Translations under genes and position numbers: made by a program
NCBI GenBank assembly: GCA_048262255.1
Contig: JBLXFH010000002.1
Span: 1,014,315 to 1,038,314, forward strand
Direction of reading: 5' to 3'
DNA from: Rhodospirillales bacterium
Lineage (GTDB): Bacteria > Pseudomonadota > Alphaproteobacteria > Rhodospirillales > Casp-alpha2
DNA: 24,000 bases
Part shown: in pieces, positions 1 to 7,614 of the stretch
How the letters are laid out: each line of letters opens with the position of its first letter
Numbering within the stretch: the first letter of the stretch is position 1
Notes under the pieces: generated by a model
Told to the model about the DNA's origin: nothing
What the model saw: the letters and a program-made list of their open reading frames with translations, nothing else
The model's database searches: none

Positions 1-44
1 TGCGTGCGCGCCGACTACCTAACGGCGACGCCCGGAGCAATGGC

Positions 45-2312
45 TTGCCCTATTTTTCCGATCCTTCGCCTGTTTTAGACGATGTGCTGACTGAACTGAC
101 TCAAGATAGAGACAGTAATTCTGACTGGTCAGACTCCGGGGGATTTCGCCATGATGGTTTGGTCGGCCTGGCGCTTTCCGGCGGTGGTGTGCGATCTGCG
201 ACCTTTAATCTGGGCGTACTTCAGATCCTCAACAGATACCGTATATTTGAAAAACTCGATTATATATCTTCCGTATCCGGTGGCGGCTACATTGCCAGTT
301 GCCTGAGCTCGATATTCGCTCAGGCCGATCAAAGACAAGGGCGCCAGGAATTGAATTTTCCGTTTGTCCATAAAATGGGTCAGTTGGAAAGTGCGCCGTT
401 CCAGCACCTTAGGGATTATTCCAACTATCTGGCTCCAGGCGGCACGCGCGATCTTCTGCAAATGCCAGCGCTGGTTCTGCGTGGCCTGATCATGAATTTT
501 CTTGTGATCTTTTCTTATATTCTTCTCGCTGTTTTATTGACCGTAACCTTCAACAGCAATCAAGCCATCCTGGGTCAACCCTTCGGTTGGGAACATCGCC
601 TGCTGGACTGGATCCCTGGGGATTCTTTCCGGCCAACCAAGTTTCTGGTGGGATTATTCCTCGCCTTGCTAATTGTATATCCAGGACTGCAGGTTCTCTT
701 CGACGGCCTGCCCAACTACCGCTCCAGCCGCTGGCTGGCGCGCAATATTTACGGCCGGGTCTGCGGGATGTTTCTTGCGGCCATTGCCATTGTCACCTTC
801 ATCGATTTACAGCCCCTGGCGATCCAGTTCATTCACAACACACACCTGATGCTCCAGAACATTGCCATGGAGATTTGGCAGGCGGATGAAGCCTTGCTCA
901 GACAACCCCAGGGGTTATTCACGTTGGCAGCCAGTGTCGCCACCGTTGTCTCCGCCATCCTGGCAGGAACCTTTTTCAATCATGAATCGAAATCCCTCCG
1001 CTCTTTAAGTCTCTATTTGATCGGGGGATTGGGGTTTGCGGCTTTTTGGCTGGTATATCTGATATTGTGTTACTGGGCGATCTACAGCTCAGGTCCGCAA
1101 TGGATTGTTGACCTGGAGCGCCATGCCGAAATTTTTGTAGGTATTTCTCTCGACTGGATCCCTACCGAGAACGATTACCTGATATTGATCTATGCATTCA
1201 TAATGACCGTTCTTTTTCTATACACATGGCTGTTCTACGACGCCAACAGCGTGTCCCTGCATAATTTTTACCGGGATCGCCTCAGCAAAGCCTATCTGTT
1301 TTCCTGGCATGGCGGAGACCGGCTTGAACATAATGACAACCAGCTATTGAGCACTCTCAATACGGACCAGGCCCCCTACCATCTAATCAATACTGCCTTG
1401 AATATTCACAATGCAAAATCGGCCAATCGGCGCGGTCGGAACGCAGATCTTTTTCTCTTCAGCAAACTGTATATAGGGGGCAGCTTAACGGGTTACCGTG
1501 AAACAGAAAAAATAGCTCCCGCAGGCGAAGAAGTAGACCTGGGCACGGCAATGGCGATTTCCGGTGCGGCCGCAGCACCGAACATGGGCAGCAATACATT
1601 TAAACCATTAGTCTTTCTCATGACCTTATTGAACATCCGATTGGGGTTCTGGTTGCCAAACCCCGGTCGGCCGCCGGAGCAGAACTGGTTTTCACGCCGC
1701 ATCAATAGAGTTGGGCCGCTGTTCCTGATCCGCGAAATGTTCGGATTGTTGGACGAGCAAAGTGAAAATGTAAATTTGTCAGACGGCGGCCATATTGAAA
1801 ATCTGGGTATTTATGAATTGCTGCGCAGGGAGTGCCGACTCATCATTGCCAGCGATGCAGAATGCGACCCCGAATTTCAGTTTCATGGCTTGGCCAATGT
1901 TATCCGGCTGGCCCGTATCGATATGGGAATCCGAATCACCATGACCGGGCTTGACCAGATCCGCCAGGGGCGCCAGAACCATGCCATTGGCAAGATCGAA
2001 TATAAGGGCAACAAAGTCGGCAAACTCATCTACCTGAAAGCATCCCTGCCAACGACGGAAATTATACCGGTGGCCGACCAGGGAAGACGCCGCGGGAGTT
2101 GCGATAAAGATGTTGCGGAGGCGCCTTTATCGAGCCGAGCGAAAATCAAATATGACGGCGGCACCTATATCGCCCATTACCGGGACCGGCATCCGGCGTT
2201 TCCCCACGAGACAACCGCCGACCAGTTCTTCGATGAAGAACAATTCGAATGCTATCGCGCGCTCGGATATCACGTTGCTATGCGTGTTTTTGGGGATGCA
2301 ACAAAAAGTTAG
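45..2312 (+). CDS. Patatin/cPLA2-like phospholipase with a polytopic membrane insertion
   Basis: Oxyanion-hole motif SGGGVRS (aa 45-51). Nucleophile elbow S-V-S-G-G (Ser78, nt 276-278). Catalytic Asp in SDGGHIENLG (Asp580, nt 1782-1784). About six hydrophobic helices lie between aa ~140 and ~400. TTG start with GGAG 7 nt upstream. The frame is open to the window edge, so the start could lie upstream. Confidence 0.8.
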   Translation: MPYFSDPSPVLDDVLTELTQDRDSNSDWSDSGGFRHDGLVGLALSGGGVRSATFNLGVLQILNRYRIFEKLDYISSVSGGGYIASCLSSIFAQADQRQGRQELNFPFVHKMGQLESAPFQHLRDYSNYLAPGGTRDLLQMPALVLRGLIMNFLVIFSYILLAVLLTVTFNSNQAILGQPFGWEHRLLDWIPGDSFRPTKFLVGLFLALLIVYPGLQVLFDGLPNYRSSRWLARNIYGRVCGMFLAAIAIVTFIDLQPLAIQFIHNTHLMLQNIAMEIWQADEALLRQPQGLFTLAASVATVVSAILAGTFFNHESKSLRSLSLYLIGGLGFAAFWLVYLILCYWAIYSSGPQWIVDLERHAEIFVGISLDWIPTENDYLILIYAFIMTVLFLYTWLFYDANSVSLHNFYRDRLSKAYLFSWHGGDRLEHNDNQLLSTLNTDQAPYHLINTALNIHNAKSANRRGRNADLFLFSKLYIGGSLTGYRETEKIAPAGEEVDLGTAMAISGAAAAPNMGSNTFKPLVFLMTLLNIRLGFWLPNPGRPPEQNWFSRRINRVGPLFLIREMFGLLDEQSENVNLSDGGHIENLGIYELLRRECRLIIASDAECDPEFQFHGLANVIRLARIDMGIRITMTGLDQIRQGRQNHAIGKIEYKGNKVGKLIYLKASLPTTEIIPVADQGRRRGSCDKDVAEAPLSSRAKIKYDGGTYIAHYRDRHPAFPHETTADQFFDEEQFECYRALGYHVAMRVFGDATKS

Positions 2313-2399
2313 GTTTTGGATTTTTCCACCGCGCAGGGTTTCACAACAATTCCCGAATGTTCCTGCGGGGTTATTAGGATATGAGCTGGGGTGTATCGA

Positions 2400-3080
2400 C
2401 TATCCGGTAGCTACAGCTTTCTGGCCAGGAACAATAGCCGGAGCAGCCGGTGATTGCTCGATCGCATCCGCCTCAAGAGCTTGCTGCCCGGCAATTTGTT
2501 CGTCAACAAAATTCGATTTGGCGTCCTCTATAACCACATCGCTTTGACAAGTCTCTGTTACCGACTTGCCTCGCACTTCGTCAGTTGATGCCGGTTCATA
2601 TTCGGCAGGTTGCGCCTCAACCAAATGGGACGCCGCTTCATCAAGTTGGAGGCCACTCACATCCGCCGGCGTTGTTTCTGAGAGGGCAGCGACCACCCGC
2701 GCTGTCAGCAATTGAACCTCGTAATGTAATTTTTTCAACCGATCATTGTGAGAGTTGGCCATACTGGACGGAATGGTCTGGAAAATATTTAAAGGCCCTA
2801 ACTTCATCATCTTGACGTTAACGTGGACAAGGCCCGCAAGCTGCACCAGGACCTCATTTTCGGCCTGGTTGCGCAAGGTCCGCATGAGGTTCATTGAGGG
2901 GACATCGGAGATTTCCTTATTCGCCAACAACGTGATTTCAAAGGTTTTGAGTATCTTGATCGCATCCTTGAAGCGATTGCTGTTGCCGTAGTCGGGTCGG
3001 CTTTCAATATCGGCAACAACCGCTGGAATCCCGTCAAGAATTGTCTCGATACTGCCGAACACCTTTCCGAGCACGCTCAT
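2400..3080 (-). CDS. Hypothetical protein (226 aa from the internal ATG), last gene of a minus-strand operon
   Basis: Long ORF. I prefer the ATG at 3080 (MSVLGKVFG...) because AAGGAA lies 8 nt upstream, rather than the ORF-track start at 3113. It sits 43 nt downstream of the preceding gene. I recognise no family. Confidence 0.6.
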   Translation of the reverse strand: MSVLGKVFGSIETILDGIPAVVADIESRPDYGNSNRFKDAIKILKTFEITLLANKEISDVPSMNLMRTLRNQAENEVLVQLAGLVHVNVKMMKLGPLNIFQTIPSSMANSHNDRLKKLHYEVQLLTARVVAALSETTPADVSGLQLDEAASHLVEAQPAEYEPASTDEVRGKSVTETCQSDVVIEDAKSNFVDEQIAGQQALEADAIEQSPAAPAIVPGQKAVATG

Positions 3081-3123
3081 CTTACCAATTCCTTTTTTCA
3101 ATATGCGTTCCAAATGGTTTGTT

Positions 3124-3828
3124 CTATTTTTTCTCTTTCTCTTCAGCTGCAGCCATTTCCGACTGTGCCGCTTTGGTCAACGCCGTAAGCTGATCTTGAA
3201 TTTCCTGCGCAATGATCGTCTTCAGCGTATCGGTGATCTGCTCAACGATGTCAGTTTCTGCCGGCGCCCCGAGCGATTGTGTTGTGCGACCTGATAATGT
3301 GGCATGGTCTTCGAGAACCTTGAGCGCTGAAATAAGGGCCTCATGTTCGGATGGAACGGCTGTTTGATTAACGGCGTTTGCGCTGGCATTCATTTCACCC
3401 ATGGCGGGGTCTTTATCAGCGCCCGGCTTTTGGTTAAAAACTTTTCGTGTAACATTGGCCAGCGATTGCGTGGCATGCTGTGCGGCGCTCATCTGTTTAT
3501 CGGCTTCTTGGGCGCTGATGGTTTTTCGCGCTTCAGCAAGCTGCTGCATTGCTGCCGCTTTTTGCGCTGATACAGCTTCACTTACCGCCGAGCGCTGTGC
3601 TTCGAAGGCTTTTTCGACAGCTTCGCGTTGAACCAGGGAGGCTTCAAGGATGTTTAACGCGTTTTGAACCGTTGTCGTCCCAACATCTGCCGGCGGGTCC
3701 GAATTTGGGGGTGTCGACATTTGGGGATCTCCGCTGCCCTGTTTAGGTGAACGATCTCCGGCCTCGCTCTCTGCCCCGACCTGATTATCAGGAGTTTTTG
3801 GCTCCTTATCATCTTTGCTTTTCGACAT
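3124..3828 (-). CDS. Hypothetical Ala/Gln/Glu-rich, probably coiled-coil protein with a disordered N-terminus
   Basis: 234-aa ORF on the same strand and in the same cluster as 3938-4279 and 2400-3080. The composition is helical and low-complexity. I recognise no family. Confidence 0.6.
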   Translation of the reverse strand: MSKSKDDKEPKTPDNQVGAESEAGDRSPKQGSGDPQMSTPPNSDPPADVGTTTVQNALNILEASLVQREAVEKAFEAQRSAVSEAVSAQKAAAMQQLAEARKTISAQEADKQMSAAQHATQSLANVTRKVFNQKPGADKDPAMGEMNASANAVNQTAVPSEHEALISALKVLEDHATLSGRTTQSLGAPAETDIVEQITDTLKTIIAQEIQDQLTALTKAAQSEMAAAEEKEKK

Positions 3829-3937
3829 CTGTTAAATTTCTTTCACTCAAGGGCATTCTGGACCGTAATTCCTCACGACCACACCCAATCAAAATTCCTT
3901 AAATCCAATTATACGGAATGCACAAAACATAATGAGA

Positions 3938-4279
3938 TCAAGAGCCTGATTGCGGCTCATCATCCTCCAGGGGCGGTTTTTCGTGGGGAGCGGTTTCTCC
4001 GGCATCGGTGTCCGTCGTCATGGCAGGCTCGGTTGGCCACGTGTCTTCAGCCTTGGCAGGTTTCGGTTCTGACTCGGTCTGTTTTCCGGACTCACTGGAG
4101 ACGCTTTCAGCCTCCGTCGCAGCGCCTCCAACCTCATCCTCTACGCCCTTGGCCTCAGCAGAGGCCATGGATTGAATAAGCTCGGCTTCCTTAGAAACCT
4201 CATCAGCTTCAGATACCGACGGGTTTTCTTCGTCAGAAACAGTGTCTTTATGATCGAAGGTTTCGCCCATATTGCTCAT
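3938..4279 (-). CDS. Small, highly acidic (Asp/Glu/Ser/Thr-rich) hypothetical protein, 113 aa
   Basis: I prefer the start at ATG 4279 (MSNMGETFDH...) because AAGGAGA lies 7 nt upstream. The ORF-track start at 4357 has no RBS. The predicted protein looks intrinsically disordered. Confidence 0.55.
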   Translation of the reverse strand: MSNMGETFDHKDTVSDEENPSVSEADEVSKEAELIQSMASAEAKGVEDEVGGAATEAESVSSESGKQTESEPKPAKAEDTWPTEPAMTTDTDAGETAPHEKPPLEDDEPQSGS

Positions 4280-4444
4280 GATTGCGTCTCCTTTTCGCCA
4301 GCAATTGTTTTGATGCCGACAATTACCTGATACCGCTTTGCCTGAATTGTTCTGCAAAAGAGCTTCGTAGGCGTTCGCACGTCATCGCGATGGCAACCGG
4401 CCACGTATCATCGCAGTCAACCGTCGGCGGAACTTCATGCTTAT

Positions 4445-4469
4445 GACGTACGTGCCCCTGTATCTGTGA
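4445..4469 (-). promoter_or_regulatory. Candidate ECF-sigma promoter on the minus strand (TCACAGA-N14-CGTC)
   Basis: Minus strand reads cttCACAGAtacaggggcacgtaCGTCataa. One mismatch in the -35 element. It faces the 3938-4279 / 3124-3828 / 2400-3080 operon. Confidence 0.45.
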
Positions 4470-4486
4470 AGTGTATCGATAAAATT

Positions 4487-4510
4487 TCACATCTTCGGTC
4501 GTGAAGCGTT
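4487..4510 (+). promoter_or_regulatory. Weak candidate regulon promoter upstream of the DNase II gene (TCACATC-N13-CGTT)
   Basis: aattTCACATCttcggtcgtgaagCGTTagat. Mismatches include the last base of the otherwise invariant CGTC. It ends 46 nt upstream of ATG 4557. Confidence 0.3.
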
Positions 4511-4556
4511 AGATTTACGGGTCATCCTTTGACCCCAAAACAATTGGGAGACGCAA

Positions 4557-5576
4557 ATGACATTGAATGCGATTAATGATTCAAATGACAAAGCTGTTGA
4601 TTGGTGGTTTGCCTATAAACTTCCTCACGCCGCATCTGCACCAAATGATACGTCAGGTGTGTCCGGCACAACCGGGTTTGAATATCTCTATTACGATAGC
4701 CAGGCTCACAGTCCCCTCCAGATATCTCCGCATCGATTGAATCAGCCCGATGGAGCGCTGCATCAAACGCTAGCGCACATTTTCGATACCGCAAAGGATG
4801 CATCGAGGCAAACCGGCTGGATTCTCTATAACGACGAGGCACCCGGCCGCAGAGAAAACAATGAAAGCAAGGGGCACTGCAAGGGGATCCTTAGTTTTGA
4901 CCCACAGGAAGACAGAGGAATTTGGCTCATTCACTCGACGCCCCGCTTTCCGATTGGCGGATCCCCCGATTTTCCGGAGGATGAAAAAATTTACGCTCAG
5001 ACATTCATTTGTTTGACGCTCGAAAACTATGCGACAGCGAATCTGATCGCCCGTCAATTGCTTCATCAACACGACCCGCAAGTTTATGATTTCAGTATTC
5101 CCACATCGATCCCTGATACCGATTTTGTTCGCCAACTGAGTGCCGGTGTACGTGTCCAGCCGCCCACCAAACCCAGCGAGTTGGTCTTTCATACAAAAGG
5201 GCAAAAGACCATACACAGCATTGGCAAGAACCGGCATTGGGCAGAGGACTTCTGGATTGACCTGGTCGGGCCTTATCTCAAGGTCAACCTGAATGTTGAG
5301 ACATGGCGACGCGGTCGTATTCCAAGTACCAGGGATAGCAATGGCGTCGATGATGTTGTCGACGTCACGGGCATTGATTTGTCGGTATTGGGTGCCGACT
5401 ATTCCTGGCCCTATACGAAGGACCATGCCAAATGGGCCGTATCGACCACAGCGGACTGGGTTTGCATTGCCGACATCAACAGACAAGTTTCACAGGAAAA
5501 ACGCGGGGGCGGTTGTGTCTGTTTTAATGAACCCGGCCTGTGGCATGCGTTGTCATTGATTGAGGTGAAACGCTAA
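4557..5576 (+). CDS. Deoxyribonuclease II (DNase II, acid endonuclease; phospholipase-D superfamily HxK nuclease) homologue
   Basis: N-terminal KAVDWWFAYKLP. ILYNDE...GHCKGIL (first HxK). WLIHSTPRFP. C-terminal KDHAKWAV (second HxK). CIADINRQ...EKRGGGCVCF. These match the hallmark blocks of eukaryotic and Burkholderia DNase II in the same order. RBS GGGAGA lies 6 nt upstream. No signal peptide is evident. Confidence 0.88.
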   Translation: MTLNAINDSNDKAVDWWFAYKLPHAASAPNDTSGVSGTTGFEYLYYDSQAHSPLQISPHRLNQPDGALHQTLAHIFDTAKDASRQTGWILYNDEAPGRRENNESKGHCKGILSFDPQEDRGIWLIHSTPRFPIGGSPDFPEDEKIYAQTFICLTLENYATANLIARQLLHQHDPQVYDFSIPTSIPDTDFVRQLSAGVRVQPPTKPSELVFHTKGQKTIHSIGKNRHWAEDFWIDLVGPYLKVNLNVETWRRGRIPSTRDSNGVDDVVDVTGIDLSVLGADYSWPYTKDHAKWAVSTTADWVCIADINRQVSQEKRGGGCVCFNEPGLWHALSLIEVKR

Positions 5577-5622
5577 TCGGAAGATTTCCGCCTGAAGGGC
5601 TTCACGTTCCGGCTCAAACCAT

Positions 5623-5907
5623 TTATCCGCTCTTTGATTTGCCGTTCAAATAATTCAACGGGCCGTTCTTTACCGCCTCTGTGGTCAAATCGATCACTGT
5701 TTTGCGAAGCTTCAGCATCTCCTCTTTAACGTCTGGAGGCTGTGTATTGGATTCCACCAGCGCTGTAATTTCTTTATTGGTGGTTTCGGCAAATTTTTGA
5801 AGCCCCAGGAAAATCGCTTCTTCAACCGCTTTTCTAGTGGTATCCCCGTTGACAAGGCGATCAAACAATTCACTGGGGTCGGGAGTATCGGCAGGTGACA
5901 TATTCAT
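5623..5907 (-). CDS. Hypothetical small helical protein (94 aa)
   Basis: ORF preceded by a candidate regulon promoter (6033-6057, minus strand). I recognise no family. Confidence 0.5.
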   Translation of the reverse strand: MNMSPADTPDPSELFDRLVNGDTTRKAVEEAIFLGLQKFAETTNKEITALVESNTQPPDVKEEMLKLRKTVIDLTTEAVKNGPLNYLNGKSKSG

Positions 5908-6032
5908 CTCCGTTTATGTGGGCTGAGGTTCGCCCTGGTTTATTCGCAGGCCTCACTCACGGGTGTTTCCCGATCAAGGTTGCGTGTAGAGAGCAGGCCC
6001 AGGATCAGGTGTCTATATGACGTTATAGTTAA

Positions 6033-6057
6033 GACGGTTGTTCTTACGGTTTTGGGA
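6033..6057 (-). promoter_or_regulatory. Candidate ECF-sigma promoter on the minus strand (TCCCAAA-N14-CGTC)
   Basis: Minus strand reads cctTCCCAAAaccgtaagaacaacCGTCttaac. The -10 context CCGTCTTA matches P1 and P5. It faces the 94-aa ORF at 5623-5907. Confidence 0.45.
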
Positions 6058-6174
6058 AGGACCTCATCACCGGTGTCATGCAAGAGCTTTGACATGGAGT
6101 ACGGTCGGAAAACGTTTCTGCCTTGAGCGTGAATGAGCCATGTTGATGATTTAGATGATTATGCGATTTCTTTC

Positions 6175-6198
6175 TCACAAATTAGTTGTCACACCGTC
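6175..6198 (+). promoter_or_regulatory. Candidate ECF-sigma promoter P1 (TCACAAA-N13-CGTC)
   Basis: tttcTCACAAAttagttgtcacacCGTCttgtag; the CGTC ends 80 nt upstream of the reb-1 start. Confidence 0.65.
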
Positions 6199-6278
6199 TT
6201 GTAGACGAGCACCGCGTAGTCGTTCTTTACGATGACGCAAAGTTCAACTGAGAAGAGAATCCGCAAGGAGAAACAATC

Positions 6279-6602
6279 ATGGCAATTCCGACTCCCGTGA
6301 ACGGACAGATTACAGACTCCGTCACTCAATCAAACGTCAAGGTTCTGGGCGATGCCCCGGCCATGGCGATGGGGGCGATCTTTCAGTCCCTAGCGCATTC
6401 CACCGGCATTCTTTATGAGAATGCAGTGAGCGCGCAACAGCAACTGGGCATCGCTGCGCAGGCCGCGACGAACCAGGGTGTCATCCAGATCTACAGCATC
6501 GACACCATGTCCGATGCCGTGGCGACATCGAAAATCGCCCAAAGCGATACGCCGAGCACAATGTTGTCATTGCTGACGGCCTTGAAGGCAACGCAAGGAT
6601 AA
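6279..6602 (+). CDS. rebB: R-body protein, RebB 'killing trait' family, paralogue 1 (class 1, 107 aa)
   Basis: N-terminal PVNGQITDSVTQSNVKVLGDAPAMAMG, then HSTGILYEN...QQQLGIAAQAATNQGVIQIYS. This matches my recollection of Caedibacter RebA/RebB. AAGGAG RBS. Own upstream promoter motif. Confidence 0.88.
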   Translation: MAIPTPVNGQITDSVTQSNVKVLGDAPAMAMGAIFQSLAHSTGILYENAVSAQQQLGIAAQAATNQGVIQIYSIDTMSDAVATSKIAQSDTPSTMLSLLTALKATQG

Positions 6603-6671
6603 ATCGCCCGACGGTTTGTGATGAATGGCTTTGTACTGCAAGCCATGACTCCGGCGAAGCCTATAGTTGGA

Positions 6672-6739
6672 ATTCAGGCCCAGTTCCGTTGAGGTCAGTT
6701 TCGTCTCCCAGACAAACTGGCCCAATGGCTGGCCTGAAT
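6672..6739 (+). other. Nested stem-loop in the reb-1/reb-2 spacer
   Basis: Outer stem: ATTCAGGCC (6672-6680) pairs with GGCCTGAAT (6731-6739). Inner stem: GGTCAGTTT (6693-6701) pairs with AAACTGGCC (6714-6722), with one G-U pair that is allowed only on the + strand. The loop is 12 nt. Confidence 0.5.
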
Positions 6740-6844
6740 TATCCATATACCACAGGAAGGCATCGGTCGGAACGAAACCATACGCCCATACTGTCAAATC
6801 CCTGCCAAATCCGATCCCACCGTAGTATAATCAATCATCAACAC

Positions 6845-6868
6845 TCACAAATCAGCAACTCCGCCGTC
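6845..6868 (+). promoter_or_regulatory. Candidate ECF-sigma promoter P2 (TCACAAA-N13-CGTC)
   Basis: acacTCACAAAtcagcaactccgcCGTCaataa; 79 nt upstream of reb-2. Confidence 0.65.
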
Positions 6869-6947
6869 AATAAACTGAGCTGCGCGTCCGGCATTCGGTC
6901 CGGTAACGTGAGTTCGATCGAAATCAGCTTCCTAAAGGAGAATGAGC

Positions 6948-7271
6948 ATGGCAACTCCCACCCCCGTAAATGGACAAATCACGGATTCCGTAACACAGGC
7001 CAATACCGAAGTGTTGGGCAACGCCCCGGCCATGGGCATGGGCGCAATTTATCAGTCGTTGGGACATTCCACCGGAATTCTTTACGAAAACGGCGTGAAT
7101 ACACAGCAGCAACTGGGCATTGCAGCTCAGGCGGCAACCAACCAGGGTGTGATCCAGATTTACAGTGTCAACACCATGGCCGGTGCGACGGCAACATCCA
7201 AAATCGCCCAAAGCGATACGCCGAGCACAATGTTATCATTGCTGACGGCCTTGAAGGCGACGCAAGGATAA
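6948..7271 (+). CDS. rebB: R-body protein, RebB family, paralogue 2 (class 1, 107 aa)
   Basis: Same family motifs. I prefer the second ATG (6948, MATPTPVNG) because of RBS spacing and alignment with paralogue 3. The ORF-track start at 6942 abuts the RBS. Confidence 0.88.
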   Translation: MATPTPVNGQITDSVTQANTEVLGNAPAMGMGAIYQSLGHSTGILYENGVNTQQQLGIAAQAATNQGVIQIYSVNTMAGATATSKIAQSDTPSTMLSLLTALKATQG

Positions 7272-7336
7272 ATCGCTTAATTCCATTGATTGGCTTTGCA
7301 CAGCAAACCATATTTCCGGCGTCGCATTTGGTTTAC

Positions 7337-7407
7337 ATTCAGGTCCAGTCCCGTTGGTGCCGGTTCTGTCATCCGGACGAACCGGCACAATGGCTGGGTT
7401 GATTAAT
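7337..7407 (+). other. Homologous nested stem-loop in the reb-2/reb-3 spacer, with compensatory changes
   Basis: Inner stem: GTGCCGGTTC (7357-7366) pairs with GAACCGGCAC (7379-7388); perfect 10 bp, 12-nt loop. The flanks align with 6672-6739, but the stem bases differ on both arms while pairing is retained. Confidence 0.5.
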
Positions 7408-7509
7408 CCATGCTCTGTAAAACTGAAATCGATCGGCAAATATCAAACACCTGCATAAGTCCGCCCTTGGACAATCCATCTCAAGATAAAAAAAACTGCT
7501 TATCACCAC

Positions 7510-7533
7510 TCACAAATTCGCCAGCCCGCCGTC
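7510..7533 (+). promoter_or_regulatory. Candidate ECF-sigma promoter P3 (TCACAAA-N13-CGTC)
   Basis: ccacTCACAAAttcgccagcccgcCGTCaataa; 81 nt upstream of reb-3. Confidence 0.65.
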
Positions 7534-7614
7534 AATAAGCTGAGCACCGCGCGCCCGGTTTCCGATCCGGTAACGTGAGTTCGATCGAAATCAGCTTCCT
7601 AAAGGAGAATCAAC

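Noticed and set aside
2313-2399. TTTCACAAC in the spacer after the patatin gene, and a CCGCGCAGG/CCTGCGGGG inverted repeat
   Set aside because: No CGTC lies at the required 13-14 nt spacing, so it is not a regulon promoter. The inverted repeat has a mismatch, a ~24-nt loop and no U-tract, so I cannot call it a terminator.
2110-2547. 145-aa + strand ORF overlapping the 3' end of the patatin gene and the 3' end of the 2400-3080 gene
   Set aside because: It is an alternative frame across two better-supported genes, with no RBS and no recognisable motifs.
3124-3300. VEQITDTLKT near the C-terminus of the 3124-3828 protein resembles the Reb QITD(S/A)VTQ motif
   Set aside because: It is a 4-5 residue match at the wrong end of the protein. 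The downstream VLG.APA and Gln-rich blocks are absent. It is most likely coincidence.
4465-4491. TGTGA-N17-TCACA inverted repeat, which looks CRP-like at first sight
   Set aside because: CRP sites have a 6-nt spacer. Here the two halves are better explained as back-to-back -35 elements of divergent regulon promoters.
4770-5486. 238-aa minus-strand ORF inside the DNase II gene, plus other internal ORFs at 4573-4842, 4798-5016 and 5293-5559
   Set aside because: The + strand frame carries every DNase II signature motif in the correct order. The antisense and alternative frames have no recognisable features.
6911-6925. GAGTTCGATCGAAATC resembles a tRNA T-arm (GGTTCGAATCC); it also occurs at 7578-7592
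   Set aside because: There is no flanking acceptor stem, anticodon arm or D-arm. It lies in the duplicated reb leader and is better explained as the UTR dyad.
6689-7402. 237-aa + strand ORF spanning the reb-1/reb-2 spacer and all of reb-2 in another frame
   Set aside because: It overlaps a strongly supported, conserved RebB-family gene in a different frame. Its sequence is Arg/Ser/His-rich nonsense with no RBS. It also runs through the promoter motif and hairpin. It looks like a chance open frame.
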